From Candidatus Peregrinibacteria bacterium (GTDB taxonomy: Bacteria; Patescibacteriota; Gracilibacteria; UM-FILTER-43-11): a stretch of 64,000 nt of DNA. A program made the translations under genes and the position numbers. Position 1 is the stretch's first letter, and each line of letters begins with the position of its first letter. The stretch is taken from assembly GCA_016934215.1 (NCBI GenBank), contig JAFGTE010000013.1:39119-103118 (forward strand). The letters run 5' to 3'. The notes beneath the pieces were generated by a model, which was given only the letters and a program-made list of their open reading frames with translations, ran no database searches and had not been told where the DNA came from. This document shows positions 47,911 through 57,035 of this stretch, one piece after another.

Positions 47911-49296
47911 TTAATCGGATTCCTCGACGGAGTCAGCCATTTTTTCCATTACCTCCGTCAGGTCGGCCGGGCCGTCGAAAACATAATAGGCGTCTCCTAT
48001 CTTTTTATACGCTTTTCCACCCGGCTCTTCGAGTAAACTAAGCGTGATGATGGCTTCTTCCGGCTCTTCTAATCCGAAATCTGCGAACCCTACTTTCCAT
48101 ACGCCGCCGCTCACTCCAAAACTTGCGTAGTACCAGGTGCGCGGCATCAGCAGACTGAAGCCGGCCCGGTCATTTGCGTAAAGCATCGTTACATCCGAAA
48201 CCTCAGGCACTTCGTACTGCAGTTCCGACTTTTCATCATCATCAGAGTTTTCAGTCTCCTCGTTATCCGTTGGCGGCTCGTAGTCTTCCGGCCTTTCACC
48301 GGCATCCACCGTATTCAGATCACGATATGAAGCCGACACCGTTCCTTCTTCATCCGTCACACATTCATAGCGTGTCGGGCAGCCTCGCTGGCTGTATTCG
48401 GAAATACGGTAATGATTACAAGCGGGTACTGCAATATAAGGACAGCTGCTGAGGGTGCTTTCTCCGTCAATCGGCACGCAAATTCCTTCGGCATACTTGC
48501 TGTCGCTTTCAAGCTGACAGATGTACTTTTCCGGGCATTCCAGTTTTTCAAGTCCGCCACATTTATCACCCGTTAGCTGACTTAAGTAAATGAGTTCGAA
48601 GCTATCCAGAAGGTCGTAGAATGGGTCGAGTTGTGTTTCTTCGCTTGGACTGAATTTGATCAGGTAGATCTTCTTTTTGGGCGGATTAGGCACATAAAAG
48701 CCCATCTGAGCCCCATCCACAAAACGAAGGGCACGCTGAGCGCCAATCGTTACTTCAGTGGGTGTTCCGTCTTCCCGACTGGCGGCAAAAGCATCCAGAT
48801 CTGTTTCATCAGAAAAAACGGCAATACTCACAATTTCATTTTCCTCAAATTTAAGTCCCAAATCCCCTGCCCCCTCATCCAGCAGCCAGGTGCTGGGGTG
48901 GCTGAATCTGAATCCAAAAACTTTGTTTTCATAATCCGTCAGTTCCACCTGTTTGGATGCGTCCAGGTAGGCAATTTCACTCACTGAAAAAACATCGGCT
49001 GCATCCCCGATCCCTTCTGTCATCCTTCCTTCCACGCGGACTTCTTCATCAAGGTAACGATTGAGGTTGATTGTGGGGCTTTGAATAACGATGGTACCGT
49101 CATTCCTGGTGACCAGTTTGTGCGTTCCCTGCTGGTAAACATCAAGATTTTCCAGGCTTTCTATCACGCCCTCGTAAGAGCTCTGATTTGTTCCCACACG
49201 ATCCGCCAGATCGGGCCGGTCATCTTTACCACACCCCGCAAGCAGGGCAAGAGGCAGAAATAATATGATAATTAAACTGATATATTTTTTCTTCAT
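47911..49296 (-). CDS. Cys-rich multidomain lipoprotein (PsbP-like segments)
   Basis: Lipobox LLAG|C after MKKKY, so start ATG 49296 (or 49308) is preferred over 49443; YENKVFGFRFSHP and GFSLLMP repeats; CGGLEKLECP...C cluster. Confidence 0.65.
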   Translation of the reverse strand: MKKKYISLIIILFLPLALLAGCGKDDRPDLADRVGTNQSSYEGVIESLENLDVYQQGTHKLVTRNDGTIVIQSPTINLNRYLDEEVRVEGRMTEGIGDAADVFSVSEIAYLDASKQVELTDYENKVFGFRFSHPSTWLLDEGAGDLGLKFEENEIVSIAVFSDETDLDAFAASREDGTPTEVTIGAQRALRFVDGAQMGFYVPNPPKKKIYLIKFSPSEETQLDPFYDLLDSFELIYLSQLTGDKCGGLEKLECPEKYICQLESDSKYAEGICVPIDGESTLSSCPYIAVPACNHYRISEYSQRGCPTRYECVTDEEGTVSASYRDLNTVDAGERPEDYEPPTDNEETENSDDDEKSELQYEVPEVSDVTMLYANDRAGFSLLMPRTWYYASFGVSGGVWKVGFADFGLEEPEEAIITLSLLEEPGGKAYKKIGDAYYVFDGPADLTEVMEKMADSVEESD

Positions 49297-49397
49297 AAGA
49301 CCTTGCATTACAGTGGGCAAATTATACCTGAGCCTATATAAAAATTCCACAAGTGCAAAATAAATGTTATGGTTAAAGTACGCTAACGCATTGCGCC

Positions 49398-49982
49398 ATG
49401 TTTGTCGCTTTTGAAGGACTGGACGGTTCCGGTTCCTCAACACAGTCCAGAATGCTGGCAGAACGTCTTGAGAAGAACGGAAAACCAGCTCTGCTAACCA
49501 AAGAACCTACCAAGGATTCGCCGATCGGTAAATTGATTCGCGAAATTCTGCAGCATAAATTGAGTGTTTCCCCGGAAACTCTACAGCTTCTGTTTTCAGC
49601 CGATCGGGCAGAGCATCTGAGGAACGAAATCGAACCCGCCTTAAAAGGCAGTCAGGTGGTTATTACCGATCGTTATTTGTTTTCTACATTGGCTTACGGT
49701 GGAATGAGTGTGGATATGAAGTGGCTGAAGACGCTCAATAAAAATTTCCGCCTGCCGGATATCACTTTTCTTTTTAAACTGGCCCCTGAAGAATGTATTA
49801 AACGGATTGCCGGCCGGGGCAGTGATTACGAACTTTTTGAAAAAGCCGAGAAACTGACTAAAGTCTGGGAAAACTACGAAAAAGTAGCCGAGGAATATCC
49901 GAATATTTATGTGATTGACGCCACCAAAACGATCGAGCGGATTTCGGAGGAGATCTGGGGGAAGGTGATGGAGCAATTATAG
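49398..49982 (+). CDS. tmk: Thymidylate kinase
   Basis: FEGLDGSGSST, LLFSADR and TDRYLFSTLAY motifs. Confidence 0.93.
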   Translation: MFVAFEGLDGSGSSTQSRMLAERLEKNGKPALLTKEPTKDSPIGKLIREILQHKLSVSPETLQLLFSADRAEHLRNEIEPALKGSQVVITDRYLFSTLAYGGMSVDMKWLKTLNKNFRLPDITFLFKLAPEECIKRIAGRGSDYELFEKAEKLTKVWENYEKVAEEYPNIYVIDATKTIERISEEIWGKVMEQL

Positions 49983-50009
49983 AATGAGTAAATTTTTATT
50001 TTTTCTTTA

Positions 50010-50038
50010 TTGACAAAAATCAATTATTGTTTTAAAAT
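50010..50038 (+). promoter_or_regulatory. Sigma70 promoter upstream of folD-purF-purD
   Basis: TTGACA, 17-nt spacer, TAAAAT. Confidence 0.5.
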
Positions 50039-50150
50039 ATTCTCCTAATTTGCTCCTCAACAACTGAAAAAAGAATCGTTATTGTGTTTTTTATAAAAAA
50101 CCTTATAATCGATTTACCCCCAGGGGCTATTTTTATTTTTCCCTTCACAA

Positions 50151-50990
50151 ATGGCCATACTCGACGGCAAAGCACTGTCGGAGCAGCTCATCGATTCTGT
50201 CAAAGAACGAGCTAGTGAACTGAGTCCGACGCTGGCCGTTATTCTGGTAGGCGAAAATCCGGCCTCAATGGCTTACGTACGCAATAAAAAGAAGGCCTGC
50301 GAAAAGGCAGGAATCGAATATCTCGAGTTTAAATATCCCGATACTATTACCCAGGAATCCTTACTGGAGAAAATCAAAGAACTGAATGAAGATGATTCGG
50401 TGAATGGACTCATTGTTCAGCTTCCCCTGCCGGATCAGATTTATGTACCGGACATCATCCGGGCAATCGCTCCGGTTAAAGACGTTGATGGCTTCGGAGC
50501 CTACAATCTGGGTAAGACTTTTCTGAGTCCCGATTTTGAAGACCTGCCGCCAGCTACTCCACTGGGCATCGTCAAATTACTCGACCATTACGATATTCAG
50601 GTGCAGGGGAAAGAGGTGGTTGTGGTCGGACACAGCAACCATGTGGGCAAGCCTGTCAGTGTCATGCTCCTCAACCGTAATGCCACTGTCACTACCTGTC
50701 ACATTTATACCAAAGATCTATCCGCTCACACCAAAAGGGCGGATATTTTGATTGTGGCGGTAGGCAAAGAAAAACTGATCACCGCGGATATGGTGAAGGA
50801 TGGCGTGGTGGTCGTGGATGTCGGCATCAACCGCAATAAAGAAGGAAAACTTTGCGGAGATACCGATTTTGAAGAAATCTCTAAAAAAGCCAGCTATATC
50901 ACTCCTGTTCCGGGCGGGGTCGGACCGATGACCGTGGCCGCCTTAATTTTAAATACGATCCGCGCAACAGAAAGACAACATAAAGTTTAG
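50151..50990 (+). CDS. folD: Methylene-THF dehydrogenase/cyclohydrolase
   Basis: YVRNKKK, VQLPLP, KDVDG, DVGIN and TPVPGGVGPMT motifs. Confidence 0.96.
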   Translation: MAILDGKALSEQLIDSVKERASELSPTLAVILVGENPASMAYVRNKKKACEKAGIEYLEFKYPDTITQESLLEKIKELNEDDSVNGLIVQLPLPDQIYVPDIIRAIAPVKDVDGFGAYNLGKTFLSPDFEDLPPATPLGIVKLLDHYDIQVQGKEVVVVGHSNHVGKPVSVMLLNRNATVTTCHIYTKDLSAHTKRADILIVAVGKEKLITADMVKDGVVVVDVGINRNKEGKLCGDTDFEEISKKASYITPVPGGVGPMTVAALILNTIRATERQHKV

Positions 50991-51009
50991 CCCTTAAACC
51001 TTAAATTAT

Positions 51010-52515
51010 ATGTGTGGAATACTCGGAATGATCGCCAATAGTCCCGTTGTTCAGGACCTCTATGACGGTCTGGTCGTCCTGCAGCATCGTGGTCAGGACG
51101 CGGCTGGCCTTGCCACCTACAACGGCAGCCAGATTCATATTAAGAAAGGTAATGGTCTCGTGCGGGACGTCTTCCGTACGAAGAATATGATTCGCCTGAA
51201 AGGGAATATGGGGATTGGCCACGTGCGCTATCCTACCGCCGGTTGCTATCGCGAAGAAGAAGCTCAGCCTTTTTATGTGAACGCGCCTTTCGGCATTGTC
51301 CTTGGTCATAATGGTAATCTGACCAATTACGCAAAGCTTAAAAAAGAGGTGATCGACAAGGATATGCGCCACTTAAATACCAGTTCGGACTCAGAACTTC
51401 TTTTAAACGTACTGGCGCATGAACTGATTCAGCAGAAACCCAAAAAACACTTAACACCCGAGCAGATCTTTGGTGCCGTCAAGAAGGTTTATAAACGAGT
51501 TGAGGGTGGTTTTGCAGTCATGTCCATGATTGCTGGTCATGGCCTTCTCGCTTTTCGTGATCCTAACGGTATTCGCCCTCTGGTCATCGGCATACGAAAG
51601 GAAACAGGTAAAAAAACGGAATATATTTTTGCTTCAGAGAGTGTGGCGGTTCAGACCTTAGGTTTTCAGATTCTTCGGGATCTCGGTCCCGGGGAAGCGG
51701 TTTATATTGATCAGAAAACTCACAAATTACATAGCGAAATACTGGCCAGGGCCGAATTCACGCCCTGTATTTTTGAATTCGTTTATCTCGCCCGGCCTGA
51801 CAGTCTGATTGACAGCATCAGCGTTTATAAAACTCGTATTCGTATGGGGCAAAAGCTGGCCAAACAGATACTGCAAGACAAAAAAACCCCACGTATTGAT
51901 GTCGTGATTCCGATTCCGGAAACGAGTCGTCCGATTGCCCTCGCCATGTCGGAAATACTGAAAGTGAGATTCCGAGAGGGATTTGTGAAAAATCGCTATA
52001 TCGGACGCACTTTTATCATGCCGTCACAGCATCTTCGTCAGAAATCCATCCGCTATAAACTCAACCCCATTCCCCTGGAATTTAAAGGAAAAAATGTGCT
52101 TCTGGTGGACGACAGTATCGTTCGCGGAAACACCAGCCGAAAGATCGTGGAAATGGTAAGGCAGGCGGGTGCGAAAGAGGTTTATTTTGCTTCTGCGGCC
52201 CCGCCGATTGTGAATCCGGATGTATATGGCATTGATATGCCGACCCGCGGCGAACTGATTGCCAATCGCCTGACCATTCCTCAAATTGCCAAATCAATTG
52301 GAGTCGATCGGCTTTATTATCAAAAAATTGAAGATCTTCTGGAGTGTGCCCGTGCCGGAAATAAGAAGATCAAAAACTTTTGCTGGTCATCCATGGGCGG
52401 TCCATATCCTGCCGGACATATCACAGAGGCGGTGTTACAGCGTGTCGAAAAAGAACGTTTTGCTTACCAGACTTCTGCCGGTTCGACAGATGATGATCAG
52501 ATGCCACTTTTATAA
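51010..52515 (+). CDS. purF: Amidophosphoribosyltransferase
   Basis: N-terminal MCGI, LQHRGQDAAG, GHVRYPT and VDDSIVRGNT motifs. Confidence 0.97.
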   Translation: MCGILGMIANSPVVQDLYDGLVVLQHRGQDAAGLATYNGSQIHIKKGNGLVRDVFRTKNMIRLKGNMGIGHVRYPTAGCYREEEAQPFYVNAPFGIVLGHNGNLTNYAKLKKEVIDKDMRHLNTSSDSELLLNVLAHELIQQKPKKHLTPEQIFGAVKKVYKRVEGGFAVMSMIAGHGLLAFRDPNGIRPLVIGIRKETGKKTEYIFASESVAVQTLGFQILRDLGPGEAVYIDQKTHKLHSEILARAEFTPCIFEFVYLARPDSLIDSISVYKTRIRMGQKLAKQILQDKKTPRIDVVIPIPETSRPIALAMSEILKVRFREGFVKNRYIGRTFIMPSQHLRQKSIRYKLNPIPLEFKGKNVLLVDDSIVRGNTSRKIVEMVRQAGAKEVYFASAAPPIVNPDVYGIDMPTRGELIANRLTIPQIAKSIGVDRLYYQKIEDLLECARAGNKKIKNFCWSSMGGPYPAGHITEAVLQRVEKERFAYQTSAGSTDDDQMPLL

Positions 52516-52548
52516 GGACTAAGTATTAAGTAATAAGTATTAAGTACA
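52514..52548. repeat. Heptamer tandem repeat filling the purF-purD spacer
   Basis: AAGGACT AAGTATT AAGTAAT AAGTATT AAGTACA. Confidence 0.7.
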
Positions 52549-52550
52549 AT

Positions 52551-53855
52551 ATGAAGATTTTGCTTGTCGGGAACGGAGCACGTGAACATATTATGGCTGA
52601 AAAAATCGCTCAATCACCCCAGTGTGAGGAACTTTTTGTTTTTGCCAGCGCGGTCAATCCGGGCATTAAAGCCTTAGCGGCTGCGTATCAGGTGGGTGAT
52701 ATTAATTGCGGAGGTTCCATTCGTTCTTTTGCTGAAGTTAATAAACCGGATATAGCGGTAATCGGTCCGGAAAATCCGATTGCGGCAGGGGTGGTGGATG
52801 AACTTGAAGCGGCTGGCATTCCTTGCGCTTCTCCCACCAAAAAACTGGGGCAGCTGGAAAGCTCTAAGGCATTCACCCGTGCCCTGCTTGAAAAATATCA
52901 TATCCCCGGCAATCCTTATTTCCGCACTTTTGAATCCGATGAAGGCATGCTGGAATATGCTCAGAGTCTGGGGCAGTTTGTGGTCAAAGCCGACGGCCTG
53001 CATGGCGGAAAAGGTGTGCTCGTGCAGGGAGACCATTTTGAAACCGCTGAGGAAGGCATAGAGGCGGCCAAAAAGTTTATTGAGTCTGACGGCTATGTAG
53101 TGATCGAAGAGAAATTTATCGGGCAGGAATTCAGTCTGATGAGTTTTGTGGATGGCGAGCACGTCATAGATATGCCGCCCATCCAGGACCACAAACGGGC
53201 TTTTGTCGGTGATACCGGCCCCAATACGGGGGGAATGGGGTCTTATAACTTTCCCGGCAATCTTCCTTTCCTGACTCGTCAGGACCTGGAAGACGCTCAT
53301 GAGATCACTGTAAGAACGGCCGCTGCCCTGAAGCAGGAACTGGAAGTGCCTTACAAAGGGATCATGTACGGAGGCTTTATTGCCGTTAAAAATGGTGTCC
53401 GCCTGATTGAGTATAATGCCCGTCTCGGTGATCCGGAAGCGATGAACGCCCTCAGCCTGCTGGAAACTGATTATGTGGATATACTTAAGGCTACCATTGA
53501 TGGCACGCTGGATCAGCTTAAGATTAAGTTTTCCAGAAAAGCAACGGTCTGCAAATATGTGGTACCCGAAGGCTATCCGACCAATCCAAAAAAGAATAAA
53601 AAGATAGAAATCGGAGAGCTTCCTGAAAATATTGAATATTATCTGGCTTCGGTGGATCAGCGGGAAGACGGTATGTACATGCTGGGTTCCCGCGCCGTTG
53701 CTTTTGTGGGCATTGCAGACAGCACCGAAGAAGCTGAGGCTATTGCTCAGAAAGGCGTAGAGGCGGTCAAGGGCCCCGTCTTTTTCCGTGAAGATATCGG
53801 CACCAAAGAACTCATTCAGAAACGCATCGATATGATGGATGAATTGCGGGGGTAG
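52551..53855 (+). CDS. purD: Phosphoribosylamine-glycine ligase
   Basis: GNGAREH, LESSKAF, QDHKR, GPNTGGMG and EYNARLGDPE motifs. Confidence 0.97.
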   Translation: MKILLVGNGAREHIMAEKIAQSPQCEELFVFASAVNPGIKALAAAYQVGDINCGGSIRSFAEVNKPDIAVIGPENPIAAGVVDELEAAGIPCASPTKKLGQLESSKAFTRALLEKYHIPGNPYFRTFESDEGMLEYAQSLGQFVVKADGLHGGKGVLVQGDHFETAEEGIEAAKKFIESDGYVVIEEKFIGQEFSLMSFVDGEHVIDMPPIQDHKRAFVGDTGPNTGGMGSYNFPGNLPFLTRQDLEDAHEITVRTAAALKQELEVPYKGIMYGGFIAVKNGVRLIEYNARLGDPEAMNALSLLETDYVDILKATIDGTLDQLKIKFSRKATVCKYVVPEGYPTNPKKNKKIEIGELPENIEYYLASVDQREDGMYMLGSRAVAFVGIADSTEEAEAIAQKGVEAVKGPVFFREDIGTKELIQKRIDMMDELRG

Positions 53856-53870
53856 GCATATCTATTTTTG
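53852..53870 (+). repeat. Dispersed repeat copy 2, overlapping the purD stop codon
   Basis: GTAGGCATATCTATTTTTG. Confidence 0.55.
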
Positions 53871-54018
53871 ACGATATTGCCCCAGCAATGCTGGAACATT
53901 GTTCCAACAATACTCCAACAATGTTGTACTTTTTGATATGGGTGGGGGTCCGCCTTTCTGATCTTGTCAATAAGTCCTAAAAAATGTAATAATCAGACGA
54001 AAACTAACATAAAAAAAT

Positions 54019-54312
54019 ATGCCTGATTATTACTATGGTTTTCTGATCATTCTTGGACTTCTTATTGTCCTCGCAGCTTTAGTGGCCAAAAGGCGTTCTT
54101 CAAAGATCGATCACCTGCCCCCCGAGCATCGTGCCAAAGAAAATGAACTTTATGAGGCGTTTGGACTAGAAAAACCACACGAGAAAAAACCGCCAGCCGG
54201 TCACGAAGAAAAGGGGAAGGAAATTAAAACGGCTTTTGAATCCGGAAAGGTCACGAAAAAGGAAAAAGGGGGCAGAAAAAAAGGAAAAAGAGGAAGAAAG
54301 GGCAAACTGTAA
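54019..54312 (+). CDS. Small membrane-anchored hypothetical protein with basic tail
   Basis: N-terminal TM and Lys/Arg/Gly-rich C-terminus. Confidence 0.6.
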   Translation: MPDYYYGFLIILGLLIVLAALVAKRRSSKIDHLPPEHRAKENELYEAFGLEKPHEKKPPAGHEEKGKEIKTAFESGKVTKKEKGGRKKGKRGRKGKL

Positions 54313-54315
54313 GTT

Positions 54316-54600
54316 TTATACTATTCTTACTTCAATTCTGGGGTCGACTTTCTCCCGCAGGGTATTTTGAATAAAGACCAGGGTTCCTGATTCTGCAATG
54401 GGGCAGTTCCCACAGGCGCCGTAGTAACGAATCAACACATTTGTGCCTTCAATATCCATGATCTCCATGCCCCCTCCGTCCATTTCAAGGGCCGGATAGA
54501 CTTGTTCAGACAGCGCTTCATTGATTAAGAGCACCTGATCATCTATTTTCAGATCCAGAAAATCCCGCTTGTCCCTTTTTTTTGTTATTTTCCTAGTCAT
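54316..54600 (-). CDS. NifU C-terminal (NfuA-like) domain protein
   Basis: PALEMDGG and GACGNCP motifs; ATG 54600 preferred as start. Confidence 0.88.
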   Translation of the reverse strand: MTRKITKKRDKRDFLDLKIDDQVLLINEALSEQVYPALEMDGGGMEIMDIEGTNVLIRYYGACGNCPIAESGTLVFIQNTLREKVDPRIEVRIV

Positions 54601-55459
54601 TCTGTACTTCATTTAATAAAAGTCCCAACTGTAATTTGGATTCTTTGCGTTTAATAAGATAACTGAGGAAGTAATAACCGCCAAAAAAATATAACAAAAT
54701 GGTGCCGGCAATTAAAACAGGACTCAGATTGATGGTCGAAGAAAGCACAAAGTCATAAATGGCATGCAACAGCATCGCCAGTACCAGGCCAATCGTGATC
54801 ATTTCATTTTGGTACAAATGGGATTTTTTCATGTGCAGCAGATTCTTGAAGAAAATAAGCATAGGGTGCCGTTTTTTCTGAACATGCTCTAAGCGTAAAA
54901 TCGGAGAGGCAAAATAAGCATGTCCAAAAAAATAACCCAGCACTCCTGAACACAGCATATGCACCATAGTGACAATGGTGACCCGCGAAACAGCCAGCAT
55001 GGCAAAAGTCTGTATATTCATCGTGCCCCACTGGCTATTGAAATAAATCATATTTTCGTAAAACGAAAAGCCCAGGGCGCTGACAATGGCCAGCGTGATC
55101 ACATCATCGATGGAACGGAAGAAGCTTTTGTTGATCAGTTTCATGACTCCGAACTTAAAAAACTCTTCCATAGCTCCTATTCCCATAAAGGTCACAAAGG
55201 CGGCCAGTACCGTGCTGATGAAAATGGAACTGATGTTGCTCCGAAAATCAACGAGCGTTATTTTGGCAAAGATTAAATTAATACTGGTATCCCAATACCC
55301 TTTGTAAAGCAGAATCAGCTGAGCGGCAAAAATCCCCCCCGTAAATGTCAGAAGCACCAGCCATTTGTTTTCTTTGTGCTTTTTCATAAAGAGGGCCGCC
55401 CAGATCAGGGCGGGAATAATCGCAATCAGGAAGGTGATGGAATATTTTGGATCGAACAT
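54593..55459 (-). CDS. PrsW-family intramembrane glutamic protease
   Basis: EEFFK, ALGFSFYEN, HMLCS and HAIYD motifs; multi-TM. Confidence 0.88.
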   Translation of the reverse strand: MFDPKYSITFLIAIIPALIWAALFMKKHKENKWLVLLTFTGGIFAAQLILLYKGYWDTSINLIFAKITLVDFRSNISSIFISTVLAAFVTFMGIGAMEEFFKFGVMKLINKSFFRSIDDVITLAIVSALGFSFYENMIYFNSQWGTMNIQTFAMLAVSRVTIVTMVHMLCSGVLGYFFGHAYFASPILRLEHVQKKRHPMLIFFKNLLHMKKSHLYQNEMITIGLVLAMLLHAIYDFVLSSTINLSPVLIAGTILLYFFGGYYFLSYLIKRKESKLQLGLLLNEVQND

Positions 55460-55462
55460 AAT

Positions 55463-56920
55463 TTAAATGATTTCTTTGGCCATGTAGTGGGCTCCCAGAC
55501 TTTGGGGACGGGCCTGACAGGCTTCAATAATCTTATAGGCGACCAGCTGACGGTGCTGCACCCGGTAATCGCGGGCAGGAATGGTAATGATTTCTTTTTT
55601 AGCCTTTGCCAGCCCCTCAGCAGTGCGCACAATTCCTACGTTTTCCCACATGATCTGACCGATCCGTTTCCCGTAAGCCTTCACCTGATTGATATCCTCA
55701 ATCACAACGGCGGGTGACTCCAGGGAATCGATGTTAACATTTTTCCTGGCATCCATTAAGACACTTTTTTCCAGGGTTTCAGAAATAGCTTTAGAAAAGA
55801 CGATCGCTTCGAGCAAAGAATTGCTGGCTAATCGGTTTGCTCCATGTACGCCCGTACAGGCCACTTCACCGACTGCATAAAGGCCTGGCAGCTGCGTGGC
55901 GCCGTGTAAGTCGGTAGGCACCCCCCCACAGGCGTAGTGAGCCACCGGCGTAATGGGAATCAGATCTTTTGTAAGATCTAAATCGTGTTCCTTCAAAGTC
56001 TTTTGGATATTGGGGAATTTACTGCGTACTTTACCGGGGTCGATATGACGCATATCCAGATAAACAGGACCTGTCAGTTCTTCCACATAAACAGCCCGTG
56101 AAACCAAGTCGCGGGGTGCTAATTCAGCACGCGGATCAAATTTTTTCAAAAAACGTTCGCCCCGGCTGTTCACGATTTTGGCCCCCATCCCCCGAAGGAC
56201 TTCTGAAAGCAAAAAATGACGGCCATTGCTGGAAACCGCCAGAGCTGTCGGATGAAACTGAATAAATTCAATATCTTGCAGTTCCAAACCTGCATTGACT
56301 GCCAAAGCTAAGCCATCTCCCCCTGAACCGAGTGTATTGGTCGTCCGGCCGAAAAGCTGCCCCAGACCGCCGGTTGCCAAAATCGTATTTTTGGCAGCCA
56401 CCTTCTCCATTTTCTCTTCCTCTTCGTTTCTGATAAAGGCCCCCTTGCACTCCCCCTCATCCACGATGAGTTCCACGGCTTCCGTTTTTTCCAAAAAAGA
56501 AATATTTTTCTTTTTCTGGGTGGCTTTGATAAGCACTTCCAGAATATCCCGGCCGGTGAAATCCGAACTACGCCAGACCCGGGCTTTAGAATGCCCCCCC
56601 TCGAGCATGGGTTCTTTTTCTATTTTGAGGTCAATTGATTTTAGAAATTTAATGGCTTTAGGGGCTCCGAAAACGATCTGCCGTACCGCTGCTTCTTTGC
56701 AATGGCCTGCGCCGGTCCTGAGTGTATCTTCAATATGGCTTTCGAAATTATCGTCTTTGGCCAATACTCCTGCAATTCCCCCCTGAGCCCAGTAAGTATT
56801 CGTATTCCGGACTTCCCCCTTGGTCAGAACTAAAACGCTGCCCAATTCACTTAAAAAATAAGCCGTCGCCAGACCCGCTATTCCTGATCCGATGATGAGG
56901 TAGTCTGTTTGTTTTGTCAT
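55463..56920 (-). CDS. nadB: L-aspartate oxidase
   Basis: GSGIAGL, WAQGGIA, LEGGHS, QFHPT, HYACGG and GVHGANRLASNSLLE motifs. Confidence 0.93.
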   Translation of the reverse strand: MTKQTDYLIIGSGIAGLATAYFLSELGSVLVLTKGEVRNTNTYWAQGGIAGVLAKDDNFESHIEDTLRTGAGHCKEAAVRQIVFGAPKAIKFLKSIDLKIEKEPMLEGGHSKARVWRSSDFTGRDILEVLIKATQKKKNISFLEKTEAVELIVDEGECKGAFIRNEEEEKMEKVAAKNTILATGGLGQLFGRTTNTLGSGGDGLALAVNAGLELQDIEFIQFHPTALAVSSNGRHFLLSEVLRGMGAKIVNSRGERFLKKFDPRAELAPRDLVSRAVYVEELTGPVYLDMRHIDPGKVRSKFPNIQKTLKEHDLDLTKDLIPITPVAHYACGGVPTDLHGATQLPGLYAVGEVACTGVHGANRLASNSLLEAIVFSKAISETLEKSVLMDARKNVNIDSLESPAVVIEDINQVKAYGKRIGQIMWENVGIVRTAEGLAKAKKEIITIPARDYRVQHRQLVAYKIIEACQARPQSLGAHYMAKEII

Positions 56921-56968
56921 GTGTTTTGTTGCGCCTATTATAAGACAATCTGAAGATTCAAGCTAGGT

Positions 56969-56986
56969 GTAGGCATATCTCTTTTG
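56969..56986 (+). repeat. Dispersed repeat copy 3
   Basis: GTAGGCATATCTCTTTTG. Confidence 0.55.
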
Positions 56987-57035
56987 ATTGGGATTCCGCC
57001 TGATGCTGTTAGGAAAATTCAGAAGAAAGCTCGTA

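Noticed and set aside
49309-49443. Longer start for the lipoprotein ORF
   Set aside because: It overlaps divergent tmk, and the signal peptide begins at MKKKY.
49985-50150. Purine, ZTP or THF riboswitch upstream of folD-purF-purD
   Set aside because: The region is AT-rich, with only a promoter and a short CCCC/GGGG palindrome; no aptamer consensus or terminator is visible.
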